From Candidatus Aenigmatarchaeota archaeon (GTDB lineage: Archaea; Aenigmatarchaeota; Aenigmatarchaeia; CG10238-14; SpSt-28): a stretch of DNA of 52,480 nt. The stretch lies in NCBI GenBank assembly GCA_038742305.1, contig JAVYKI010000005.1, positions 1 through 52,480 on the forward strand, written 5' to 3'. Position numbers and translations under genes: made by a program. This document shows positions 27,814 through 36,861 of this stretch, one piece after another (within the stretch, counting starts at the first letter, position 1; every line of letters starts with the position of its first letter). The notes beneath the pieces are model-generated. The model had not been told where the DNA came from and did no database searches. It worked only from the letters and a program-made list of their open reading frames with translations.

Positions 27814-29598
27814 ATGGAAATAGATGCTGAAAAAGTAGTAGTGGATACTAGCATTTTAATAGATAGATTTATTTCTAAGAATTCAGATAAATTTCCAAAA
27901 TTAAAAGAAATAATAATTCCTATAGCAGTATTAGATGAATTGCAAAACCAAGCTTCTAAAGGAAGAAAAGTTGGTTTTGAAGGTTTAGAAGAAATAAAAA
28001 AGTTAAGAGAAAAATATAGTTTAACTTTTTTTGGAGAAAGACCAAGCTTAGAAGATATAAAATTAGCAAGAAGCGGTAGAATAGATGCTTTAATTAGGGA
28101 TGTTGCAAAAAAGCTTGACGTACCTTTAATTACTAGTGACTATGTTCAAGCTTTAGTTGGAGAAGCTGAAGGAATCAAAATAATTTATATAGCTCCTGAA
28201 GTTAAAGAACCAAGAATTTTTAAATATTTTGATAATGAAACGATGAGCATTCATTTAAAAGAAAATTCTTTCCCTTTTGCTAAAAAAGGTAAGCCAGGAA
28301 ATTTTAAACTTGTAAAGCTTGAAGAGAGAATATTAACAAAAGAAGAATTAGAAGAAATGGTAAAAGAAATTGTAGAATTTGCCAGAAAAGATGAAAAATC
28401 TTCTTTTGAAATAGTAAAAGATAATGTTTTAGTAATTCAATTAAGAGAATATAGAATTGCTATAGCAAAACCTCCTTTTTCAGATGGAATAGAAATAACT
28501 GTAGTTAAACCTATTGTTAAACTTTCTTTAGAAGATTATAAATTAAGTCAAAAGCTTTTGAAAAGGTTAGAAGAGAGAGCAGAAGGAATAATAATTTGTG
28601 GTCCTCCTGGCTCTGGAAAATCAACTTTTTGTGCTTCTTTAGTAGAATTTTACCTTAAAAAAGGAAAAATTGTTAAAACTTTAGAAAGTCCGAGAGATTT
28701 AATTGTTCCAGAAGAAGTTACTCAATATACTAAGCTAGAAGGCTCTTTTGAAAAAGTTGCAGATATTTTGCTTTTAGTGAGACCTGATTATACTGCTTTT
28801 GATGAAATAAGAAGAACTCAAGATTTCGAAGTTTTTGCTGATTTGAGATTAGCTGGAATTGGAATGATTGGTGTAGTTCATGCATCTAGTCCATTAGATG
28901 CAATTCAAAGATTTTTAACAAGATATGAACTTGGAATGCTGCCTCATATTGTGGATACAATAATTTTTATAAAAGACGGAGAAATAAAAAAAGTCTATAC
29001 TTTAGAAATAAAAGTTAAAGTTCCTACTGGTATGACAGAGCAAGATTTAGCAAGGCCAGTAGTTGAAGTAAGAGATTTTGAAACTGGAAAGCTCGAATAT
29101 GAAATTTATAGCTATGGAGAAGAAAATGTTGTAGTTCCAGTAAAAGAAGAAAAAGAGAATGCATTGTATAGATTAGCAAAAGAAAGATTAGTTCAAATTT
29201 TTAAAAAGTATGATAAAGACGTCGAAATAGAATTTTTGAGCGAAAACAAAATTCTTGTGAAAGTTGATAATGATGTAATTCCAAAATTAATAGGAAAAGA
29301 GGGCAAAAATATTAAAGAATTAGAAAATATGCTTGGATTAAGTATTGACGTTGAACCTAAAATACCTTCTTTAGGAAAAAAAGTTGAATATTTAATTTCT
29401 GAAAGCGGAAATTCTATAGAATTTAGATTTTTAGAAAATGTTGCATTAAAAAATGTAAAATTTTATTGGAAAAACGAATTTTTATTTTCTGCTGTTGCAG
29501 GGAAAAATAATTCTATAAAGATTAGTAAGGATAGTGAAATAGGTAAAAGAATTTTGAGATTAATTGCTAAAGGAGAAAAAATAGAGGCTTTTATTTGA
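27814..29598 (+). CDS. PINA ATPase (PIN + P-loop ATPase + KH)
   Basis: VVDTSIL PIN domain; GPPGSGKST, ESPRDL, RPDYTAFDEIR; LIGKEG KH domain. Confidence 0.92.
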   Translation: MEIDAEKVVVDTSILIDRFISKNSDKFPKLKEIIIPIAVLDELQNQASKGRKVGFEGLEEIKKLREKYSLTFFGERPSLEDIKLARSGRIDALIRDVAKKLDVPLITSDYVQALVGEAEGIKIIYIAPEVKEPRIFKYFDNETMSIHLKENSFPFAKKGKPGNFKLVKLEERILTKEELEEMVKEIVEFARKDEKSSFEIVKDNVLVIQLREYRIAIAKPPFSDGIEITVVKPIVKLSLEDYKLSQKLLKRLEERAEGIIICGPPGSGKSTFCASLVEFYLKKGKIVKTLESPRDLIVPEEVTQYTKLEGSFEKVADILLLVRPDYTAFDEIRRTQDFEVFADLRLAGIGMIGVVHASSPLDAIQRFLTRYELGMLPHIVDTIIFIKDGEIKKVYTLEIKVKVPTGMTEQDLARPVVEVRDFETGKLEYEIYSYGEENVVVPVKEEKENALYRLAKERLVQIFKKYDKDVEIEFLSENKILVKVDNDVIPKLIGKEGKNIKELENMLGLSIDVEPKIPSLGKKVEYLISESGNSIEFRFLENVALKNVKFYWKNEFLFSAVAGKNNSIKISKDSEIGKRILRLIAKGEKIEAFI

Positions 29599-29641
29599 TG
29601 TAGAATCTATTAAGTTTTTAAATTTTAAATCTAAATTATAT

Positions 29642-30145
29642 ATGCAGCATCAAAATTCAAAAAATGTTCTTTCCCAAGTTCTTAAAATTCTGTTTTCTGA
29701 TTTTGAATTACAAAATTTGACTAGAACAGAGCTTAAAAATTTATCTTGCTATTCTGAAGGAGAAAAAGTTTTTTGTAGAGAAATATATTCAGGTTATAAA
29801 ATTTGTGGCTCTCCGGATGCAGTAATACCATATTATACTAATGGATTATCAGAAGAATGTATTAATATTTTGCTTGATTTAGTTTATTATAAAGGATATT
29901 CAGAGATACCTGTTGAATGTAAAAGAACTAAAAGAAAAACGCTATCAAAATCTCATTTATTACAACTATTTAAGTACCTTTTTATTTTCGAATCTGATAA
30001 GGGTTTTTTAGTTTATTCTAATTCTGAAGAAACAATAGTTTATTTAGTTGAAATTAATAAAGAAAGCTTAAATTTTCTAGTTCGTGAAATAATAGAAAGA
30101 ATAAGAGAAACGCCGGGGGTGGGATTTGAACCCACGCGGGCGTAA
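29642..30145 (+). CDS. Cas4-like PD-(D/E)XK nuclease
   Basis: ICGSPDAV, PVECK, QLFKY and GFLVY; 3' end reads into the antisense of tRNA-Ser. Confidence 0.72.
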   Translation: MQHQNSKNVLSQVLKILFSDFELQNLTRTELKNLSCYSEGEKVFCREIYSGYKICGSPDAVIPYYTNGLSEECINILLDLVYYKGYSEIPVECKRTKRKTLSKSHLLQLFKYLFIFESDKGFLVYSNSEETIVYLVEINKESLNFLVREIIERIRETPGVGFEPTRA

Positions 30146-30207
30146 AGCCCACCGGCTTTCTCTATAAACTCCAGGCCGGCGCCCTGGTCCAGCTAGGCGA
30201 CCCCGGC
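30111..30207 (-). tRNA. tRNA-Ser(GGA) with 11-nt intron (30158-30168)
   Basis: GCCGGGG...CCGGC CT GGA G [TTTATAGAGAA] A GCCGG, long variable arm GGGC-TTTAC-GCCC, G73. Confidence 0.93.
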
Positions 30208-30229
30208 ATAATTAGAAATAATTCTTGAA

Positions 30230-30553
30230 TTAAAACTTACAAGGTATTAAAGCATTTTTGTAAAATTCTTGAGCTAATTTACAAATTTCTTTATGCAAAT
30301 CATTTTTACTTAATTCGTTATTTACTATTTTTTCGCAAATTTCATCAACTTTAATTTTTATTTCTCTTTTTTCCAATTCTTTTAATTTTACTCCTCTTAA
30401 TTCATATATATAATAAGAAACGCTTGCTTGAGAAACTCCTAAAATTTTTGCAATTTGAGTTTGAGATAGCTTATATTTTTCAAAAAGAGTTCTAGCTATT
30501 AAAGCTCTTATTGAGGGTAAAAATTCAAACGCAACTTTTTCACATATTATCAT
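30230..30553 (-). CDS. HTH transcriptional regulator (archaeal XRE-like)
   Basis: CE...LPSIRALIA...LSQTQIAKILGVSQASVSYY...RG. Confidence 0.85.
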   Translation of the reverse strand: MIICEKVAFEFLPSIRALIARTLFEKYKLSQTQIAKILGVSQASVSYYIYELRGVKLKELEKREIKIKVDEICEKIVNNELSKNDLHKEICKLAQEFYKNALIPCKF

Positions 30554-30588
30554 AAAAATATTTATAAATAGGAATATATAACATTGTT

Positions 30589-31596
30589 ATGATAACAAAT
30601 ACTAAATTAAGGATAGATGAGGAAGTAAAGAAAAGGTTAGAAAATGCTGGTTATAGAGTTTTTGGTCATTCTGCTGTAGAAATATGCCATTGGAATAAAA
30701 CTTCTTTAGTCGGAGAAGGGGAATGTTATAAAAATAAATTTTATGGAATTGAAACTCATAGGTGCATGCAATTTAGTCCTGCAGCAAATTATTGTCAGAA
30801 TAGATGCATTTATTGTTGGAGATTAACAGAATTTTATAACTTTTTGAAAATGGATGAAAATAGTGTAGATGATCCAGAAGAAATAATTAATAATTTAATA
30901 GTTTTAAGGAAACAATTGTTAAGCGGATTTGGAGGAAATGAAAAAGTTATAAGAGGAAAATTTGAGGAGGCATATCATTTAATGCCTTCTCACTATGCTA
31001 TTTCTTTAAGCGGAGAACCAACAATGTATCCTAAATTACCTAAAATGATAAAATTACTAAAAAGCTTACCAGAAACAAAATCCGTTTTTCTAGTAACTAA
31101 CGGTCAAGAGCCAGAAATGTTGGAAAAATTGCAAAAAGAAAATGCATTGCCACATCAATTATACTTATCTATGAATGCAGCAGACAGAGAAACTTTTATA
31201 AAAGTTAATGTGGCATTGAATAAAGATGCATGGGAAAGATGGAATAAAAGTCTAGAATTTTTATCTAGAGCAAATTGTAGAACAGTTATTAGAATAACTT
31301 TAATTAGAGGTATAAACGACGATAAATCAAAAATTCCTCTTTGGGCCGAATTAATTAAAAAGGGAAACCCGCATTTTATAGAAATTAAATCTTACATGCA
31401 TATTGGAGGCTCTTTATCTAGATTAACTAAAAAGCACATGCTAAGACATAATGAAGTAAGAATTTGGGCTTTTGAACTTTTAAAGCACTTGCCTAATTAC
31501 AGATATATGGATGAAGAAGAAAGGTCTAGAATTGTTGTTCTTCAAAATATGAGTAGATATGTTGATAGATGGTTAGTTAAACCTAACTCTTTTTAG
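30589..31596 (+). CDS. taw1: 4-demethylwyosine synthase Taw1/TYW1
   Basis: HSAVEICHW, CYKNKFYGIETHRC, CQNRCIYCWR, SLSGEPT, EIKSYM. Confidence 0.94.
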   Translation: MITNTKLRIDEEVKKRLENAGYRVFGHSAVEICHWNKTSLVGEGECYKNKFYGIETHRCMQFSPAANYCQNRCIYCWRLTEFYNFLKMDENSVDDPEEIINNLIVLRKQLLSGFGGNEKVIRGKFEEAYHLMPSHYAISLSGEPTMYPKLPKMIKLLKSLPETKSVFLVTNGQEPEMLEKLQKENALPHQLYLSMNAADRETFIKVNVALNKDAWERWNKSLEFLSRANCRTVIRITLIRGINDDKSKIPLWAELIKKGNPHFIEIKSYMHIGGSLSRLTKKHMLRHNEVRIWAFELLKHLPNYRYMDEEERSRIVVLQNMSRYVDRWLVKPNSF

Positions 31597-31861
31597 TTTT
31601 TGGCAAAATGTAATAAAGAACAAAAATAAAAATTAAGAAAAATATTAAGCCAAATAATGGGGAAAATCCTAAATTTGATAAAGGGAAAGTATAATAACCT
31701 TCTTTTGGAAAAGAAAAGAAATAAATAATTGATAACAGAGCTAGTATCATTGAAAAATTTAATAAGGATTGAATAAGCTTATTTGTTAATTCTTTACTTT
31801 CTTTTTCTTCTTTTTTTGAATACATAGAATTTACAATTTCTTCAATCTTCTTTTTTTGCAT
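31583..31861 (-). CDS. Small hypothetical membrane protein
   Basis: Two TM segments. Confidence 0.6.
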   Translation of the reverse strand: MQKKKIEEIVNSMYSKKEEKESKELTNKLIQSLLNFSMILALLSIIYFFSFPKEGYYTFPLSNLGFSPLFGLIFFLIFIFVLYYILPKTKKS

Positions 31862-31889
31862 AAATATATTATAAGCTAAATTTATTTAG

Positions 31890-32024
31890 CCCCGGGTAGC
31901 TCAGTCTGGAAGAGCGCCCGGCTGTAGAACCGCGCTTAATTGCGCGGGGAGCAGCCGCGCTCGGTTTTGCGAGCGGTGAGCTAAAGAAACCGGGAGGTCG
32001 CCGGTTCAAATCCGGCCCCGGGGA
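31890..32024 (+). tRNA. tRNA-Tyr(GTA) with 61-nt structured intron (31928-31988)
   Basis: CCCCGGG...CCCGG CT GTA G [intron] A CCGGG AGGTC GCCGG TTCAAAT CCGGC CCCGGGG A; C1:G72 and A73 identity elements. Confidence 0.95.
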
Positions 32025-32052
32025 AATTTTTTAAAAGATAATTTAATTATTT

Positions 32053-33501
32053 ATGGGAATTAAAGAGAAAGCAAGAAAAATTGATGAAGCAGTATATGAA
32101 GTACCTATTGGAGCTAAGCCAGGAATGAGAGTTCCTGCTAGATTATATTTAAGCGATAAATTATTCCAGCAAGTAGAAGACGGTGCTGTAGAACAAATTG
32201 TTAATGTAGCAACTTTACCAGGAATTTATAAGTATAGTATTGCATTACCAGATATGCATTTTGGTTATGGATTTTGTGTTGGAGGAGTTGCAGCATTTGA
32301 TTATGAAGAAGGAATAATTAGTCCTGGAGGAATAGGATTTGATATTAATTGTGGAGTAAGAGTTTTGAGAACAAATTTAACTTATGAAGAAATAAAAAAT
32401 AAAGTTAAAGATTTGTTAGACGAAATATTTAGGAATGTTCCTGCCGGAGTTGGAGAAACAGGAAAAGTTAAACTAACAATTTCTCAATTAGACGAAGTTT
32501 TAGAATATGGAGCTCATTGGGCTGTTAAAAATGGTTATGGTTTTGAAAAAGATTTAGAATTTATAGAATCTAATGGTAAAATACCTTTTGCAGATGCTAG
32601 TGCAGTTTCTGAATATGCAAAAAAGAGAGGAGCACCACAACTAGGAACATTAGGTTCTGGAAATCATTTCTTAGAAATACAAGTCGTAAATAGGATATTT
32701 TTACCCGAAGAAGCAAAAGTAATGGGAATTGAAAAAGTCGGGCAAATTATGGTTATGGTTCATACTGGTAGCAGAGGTCTGGGCCATCAAGTTGCTAGCG
32801 ATTATATAAGAATTCTTGAAAATAAATATAGAGATATATTAAAACAATTACCAGATAGAGAACTAATATACGCACCAGCTAAAAGTAAAGAAGCCGAGCA
32901 ATATTTAAAAGCAATGTCAGCAGCTGCAAATTTTGCTTTTGCAAATAGACAAATGATAACTCATTGGGTTAGAGAAAGTTTTGTTAAAGTTCTAAATATG
33001 AAACTAGAAGATATAGGATTGGAAATTGTTTACGATGTAGCTCATAATATTGCTAAAGTAGAAGAATACGAAATTAATGGAAAAAGAGTTAAAGTCTATG
33101 TTCATAGAAAAGGCGCAACTAGAGCTTTTCCGATTGGAAGTAAAGAAATACCTAAAAAATATCAAAGTATAGGCCAGCCAGTATTAGTTCCCGGTTCTAT
33201 GGGAACTTTTAGCTACATATTATTGCCAGCAGAAAGAGCTATAGATACATTTTTTTCCGCTCCTCACGGCTCTGGAAGAGTACAATCAAGAGCAGCTGCT
33301 GTTAGAAGCGAAAGCCCTCAATCAGTTATGAAGAGATTGGAAGAAAAAGGAATTTATTTAAGAGCAGCAAGCTTTAGAGAAGTTGCAGAAGAAAGACCAG
33401 AGGCATATAAGTATAGTACAGATGTAATCGAAGCTGCTGAAAAAGCAAAAATTGCAAAAGCTGTAGTAGAACTAAGACCTATAGCTGTTATGAAAGGTTA
33501 A
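32053..33501 (+). CDS. rtcB: tRNA-splicing ligase RtcB
   Basis: PDMHFGYGF, GFDINCG, GTLGSGNHFLE, HTGSRG, HRKGAT, HGSGR. Confidence 0.97.
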   Translation: MGIKEKARKIDEAVYEVPIGAKPGMRVPARLYLSDKLFQQVEDGAVEQIVNVATLPGIYKYSIALPDMHFGYGFCVGGVAAFDYEEGIISPGGIGFDINCGVRVLRTNLTYEEIKNKVKDLLDEIFRNVPAGVGETGKVKLTISQLDEVLEYGAHWAVKNGYGFEKDLEFIESNGKIPFADASAVSEYAKKRGAPQLGTLGSGNHFLEIQVVNRIFLPEEAKVMGIEKVGQIMVMVHTGSRGLGHQVASDYIRILENKYRDILKQLPDRELIYAPAKSKEAEQYLKAMSAAANFAFANRQMITHWVRESFVKVLNMKLEDIGLEIVYDVAHNIAKVEEYEINGKRVKVYVHRKGATRAFPIGSKEIPKKYQSIGQPVLVPGSMGTFSYILLPAERAIDTFFSAPHGSGRVQSRAAAVRSESPQSVMKRLEEKGIYLRAASFREVAEERPEAYKYSTDVIEAAEKAKIAKAVVELRPIAVMKG

Positions 33502-33911
33502 ACATCAAAAATTATTGTTGCTTTCCAAATATCGTTTTTCTCTATTTTCATCTTATGATAAGTTACGGCTTTTACAGAAATTCTTCTTTCATGTTTTTCA
33601 GGATTAAAGAATTCTCCATAACATTTCGCATAAAGTTTATTATTTTCAATCTTTATTTCAAAATCTGAAAAGAATAAATTTTCACTATCAACAAAAACTA
33701 GTAAATTTGTTAGCCAATCAAACAATAAAGATTCTAAATCTTGAGAAACTATTTCAACTTCTCTTACTTCTTTTTTCTCTATTTTTGAAATATCTGTCAT
33801 AGTTTCAAACATAGCAAGAGCAGCATTTTTAAATAATTCCTCTAAGCTTTTTCCATAAACTTCATAAGCTATATCTGCTGTAGCAAAATCTAGCACTTTA
33901 AATTTTTCCAT
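33498..33911 (-). CDS. Archease (RtcB cofactor)
   Basis: TADI...GKSLEELF...VKAVTYH...IFDV; convergent with rtcB. Confidence 0.93.
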   Translation of the reverse strand: MEKFKVLDFATADIAYEVYGKSLEELFKNAALAMFETMTDISKIEKKEVREVEIVSQDLESLLFDWLTNLLVFVDSENLFFSDFEIKIENNKLYAKCYGEFFNPEKHERRISVKAVTYHKMKIEKNDIWKATIIFDV

Positions 33912-33921
33912 AAATATATTT

Positions 33922-34281
33922 ATGGAATTGAAAACTGAATTTGGGTGGATAGAAATAAATGGTAAAAGGTTTGATTTTGATGTAATACTTTACTACGACG
34001 GAACAATTTATAAAAGAGAAAAGGAAAAGAGTAAAAAATTAGTTAAAGAAAATGAACATACTCCTTTTTCGATTTTTGAAGTAGAAGATTTATTTAAAAA
34101 AGATGTAGAAGTAGTTTATATTGGTTCTGGTCAAAAAGGAAAGCTTCCAATAAAAGAAGATGCTCTAGAAGAAATTAAGAAAAGAGTAAAAGAAATAATA
34201 ATAGATATTACTCCTAAAATTTTAGAAAAGATTAAAAACGATAATAGAAAGTGGGTTGCTCTAATTCATGTAACTTGTTAA
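33922..34281 (+). CDS. Mth938-like domain protein
   Basis: FGWIEINGK, IGSGQKG and LIHVTC. Confidence 0.85.
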   Translation: MELKTEFGWIEINGKRFDFDVILYYDGTIYKREKEKSKKLVKENEHTPFSIFEVEDLFKKDVEVVYIGSGQKGKLPIKEDALEEIKKRVKEIIIDITPKILEKIKNDNRKWVALIHVTC

Positions 34282-34700
34282 TGAGAGTTTATACTATTGG
34301 ACATAGTAACAGAAGTATAGAAGAATTCTTAGAAATTTTGAAAAAATATAGAATAAAAATGATTATTGACGTTAGAAGATTTCCTTTCAGTAAAAAATTT
34401 CCTTGGTTTAATAAAGAAAAATTGAAAAAGTATTTAGAAAAAGAAAATATAGAATATTTGCACTTTGAAAAATTGGGAGGCTTTAGAAAGGAAGGATATA
34501 GAAATTTTATTAAAACAGAAGAATTTAGAAATGCTTTAGAAGAACTGAAAAGTTTAATTAAAGAAAGTTCTGCAATAATGTGTAGTGAAAAATTTTGGTT
34601 TAGGTGTCATAGAAGGTTTATAGCTAAAGAGCTTTCTAAAAATGGTTACAAAGTAATTCATGTAATTGATAAAAATAAAGCTTATAAACAAAAATTATGA
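34281..34700 (+). CDS. DUF488 family protein
   Basis: YTIGHSNR, DVRRFP, LGG, MCSE...CHR; start ATG34281. Confidence 0.88.
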   Translation: MRVYTIGHSNRSIEEFLEILKKYRIKMIIDVRRFPFSKKFPWFNKEKLKKYLEKENIEYLHFEKLGGFRKEGYRNFIKTEEFRNALEELKSLIKESSAIMCSEKFWFRCHRRFIAKELSKNGYKVIHVIDKNKAYKQKL

Positions 34701-35413
34701 TAAAAATTGGTTGCTGCGGCTTTCCTGTAAGCAAAAAGAAATATTTTGAAAATTTTAATGTTGTAGAAATCCAGCAAACTTTTTATAAATTAATTGATAT
34801 AGAAACTATTAAAAAATGGAGAAAAGAAGCTCCAAAAGATTTTGAATTTACATTTAAAGCTTTTCAAGGCTTAACTCATACAATTAAAAGTCCTACTTGG
34901 AAAAGAAGCGGTTTAAGTAAAGAAGAATTGAAAAAGTTAGAAAAATATGTAGGAAATTTAAAATGGAATAAAGTAACTCAAGAATATTGGGAAAAAATGG
35001 TCGAATATTCTAAAGTTTTAAATTCTAAAATTGTTGTTATTCAATTGCCAAGTAGCTTTGAAGATAATGAAGAAAATATTAGAAATGTTATAGAGTTTTT
35101 AGAAAATGCTTCTAATGAAATAAAAATTGCATTAGAATTAAGAGGTTGGAAAAAGGAAAATATAAAGAAAATTGTAGAAAAATATGAAATAATTGATGTA
35201 GTAGATATTTTGAATGAGGAGCCTTTTTCAAAAATTTTATATACTAGATTGCATGGAAAAGTAGAAAATAAAAAAATAATTTATAAATACGATTATTCAA
35301 AAGAAGAATTAAAAAAGATATATGAAAAAGTCAAGAAATATAAAGAAGCATATGTAATGTTTAATAATGTGTATATGTTTAAAAATGCTTTAGAGCTCAA
35401 GTCTTTTCTTTAA
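34697..35413 (+). CDS. DUF72 family protein
   Basis: IGCCGF, VEIQQTFY, QLPSSF, YTRLHG, YVMFNN. Confidence 0.9.
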   Translation: MIKIGCCGFPVSKKKYFENFNVVEIQQTFYKLIDIETIKKWRKEAPKDFEFTFKAFQGLTHTIKSPTWKRSGLSKEELKKLEKYVGNLKWNKVTQEYWEKMVEYSKVLNSKIVVIQLPSSFEDNEENIRNVIEFLENASNEIKIALELRGWKKENIKKIVEKYEIIDVVDILNEEPFSKILYTRLHGKVENKKIIYKYDYSKEELKKIYEKVKKYKEAYVMFNNVYMFKNALELKSFL

Positions 35414-35764
35414 TTTTTCTTCTACTTTTTCAGGATTAGATATATATTTTGCTTCAAAAGTTTCTCCATCATAAGTTTTTATTATAATATTTCCATATCC
35501 AAAAATTCTAGCTAAAGGGCCTTTAATCTTTTTTATTGTAGAAATTTTACTTAGTTCAGCTCTTTTAATTTGAATGTTTATAATACCAACTTTTTCTATA
35601 ATTTCTTTTTCTGTTATTTCAAAATACCTATAAATTCTATAAATTTCTATAAAAAGAGCAAAAATCAAAATAAGAAATAAAAATATAAAAAAATTGAAAA
35701 AAATAAGAGGAATAAGAATTAAAGTAATTGGAAAAATAACCTTTCTACTTATTCTTAACTTCAT
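35390..35764 (-). CDS. Membrane protein with bacterial PH (bPH_2) domain
   Basis: Two TM segments, then RIFGYGNIII. Confidence 0.75.
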   Translation of the reverse strand: MKLRISRKVIFPITLILIPLIFFNFFIFLFLILIFALFIEIYRIYRYFEITEKEIIEKVGIINIQIKRAELSKISTIKKIKGPLARIFGYGNIIIKTYDGETFEAKYISNPEKVEEKLKKRLEL

Positions 35765-35773
35765 ATAAATAAT

Positions 35774-36331
35774 ATGGGAAAGTTAGAAGATTTATATTTA
35801 ACAGCATTAGCAGATTTGAGAGCATCTTTACCAAGATTTCTAGTATTTTTATCTGTAATTTTGCTACTAATAATTTTTTATCCAATAATTTCTAATTCTT
35901 TAGAAAATTCTTATTTGCAACTAGGAGAAGAAAAAGTTTCAGCTAAAAGTATTTTGAATATGTTAACATTCTTTTATATTACAATATTGTTAATATTAAC
36001 ATTTAGAGAAATATGGCTATTGTCATTTTCAATTTCCAAATTAATAGTATTTTTCAATTCTTCAGAAGATGAAAAATTGGAAAACTTAGATATTAGAATA
36101 AAAAAATTAAATAATGCATTTCTTCTTTTAATTTCTTTTCTTATTTCGCTTTTTGTTTTTTCTTTTATAAAAGATTATTTGATTAAACTTAACCAGACTT
36201 TAGTTAGCATTATTGGCATATTTTTAGTAATTTTTCTATTCTTATCTTTATTAATTTTTGGAATTGCAATAAGTTCTGAAATAGAGCACAAAATAAATTC
36301 CTTAATAGAAAAGCTAAAAAGTAAAAAATGA
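35774..36331 (+). CDS. Hypothetical membrane protein
   Basis: About 4 TM segments. Confidence 0.65.
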   Translation: MGKLEDLYLTALADLRASLPRFLVFLSVILLLIIFYPIISNSLENSYLQLGEEKVSAKSILNMLTFFYITILLILTFREIWLLSFSISKLIVFFNSSEDEKLENLDIRIKKLNNAFLLLISFLISLFVFSFIKDYLIKLNQTLVSIIGIFLVIFLFLSLLIFGIAISSEIEHKINSLIEKLKSKK

Positions 36332-36765
36332 AAAATTTAATAAAGAAAAACTTTGACTGCGAAATAGATGAAAATTTAGAATTTAGAATTAAAAAAGAAA
36401 AAGTTTTTGTTTTTAAAAAACATTTAATAAATTTTTGGCAAGAATTAAGATCTAAAAATGTTAAAGTTAATCCTTTAGGCATATATTTCGGAAAAATAAA
36501 AAATAATGAAAAAATTCAATTAAGTATAGAAGGAGCTCAAATTGTTGGAAAAAATGCTAAGAAAAACGTATTTGAAATAGATGATTATAAAGAGCTATAC
36601 GAGTTTTTACTAGGAAAGCCTATAGAAATAAAAGAAAATGTAGAAAAGCATAATTTTCCTATATTGAAATATAAGGATTTGCCAATATGTGCAGCTTCTA
36701 GTAGAGAAAATGAAATAATTAGTATATTTCCTAAAGTAGCTAAAAAAATGATTATGAAAGAGTAG
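36328..36765 (+). CDS. NIP7/PUA-like putative RNA-binding protein
   Basis: LGIYFGKI...LSIEGAQIVG...FLLG pattern. Confidence 0.6.
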   Translation: MKNLIKKNFDCEIDENLEFRIKKEKVFVFKKHLINFWQELRSKNVKVNPLGIYFGKIKNNEKIQLSIEGAQIVGKNAKKNVFEIDDYKELYEFLLGKPIEIKENVEKHNFPILKYKDLPICAASSRENEIISIFPKVAKKMIMKE

Positions 36766-36861
36766 CCGGGGTAGTTTAGCGGCAGAACGCCGCGCTCATA
36801 TCGAGCTTTGAAAGATGATAGAGAAACGCGGAGGTCGTGGGTTCAAATCCCACCCCCGGCA
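36765..36861 (+). tRNA. Elongator tRNA-Met(CAT) with 25-nt intron (36801-36825)
   Basis: GCCGGGG TA GTTT..GAAC G CCGCG CT CAT A [intron] A CGCGG AGGTC GTGGG TTCAAAT CCCAC CCCCGGC A; not initiator-type (no A1:U72). Confidence 0.92.

Noticed and set aside
31945-31988. tRNA-Tyr intron as an H/ACA guide for Psi35, or GAGCG-GUGA as a D-guide for tRNA-Met C34
   Set aside because: Pocket polarity and spacing do not place U35. The second idea has only 5 bp, is sequestered in a hairpin and has no C box.
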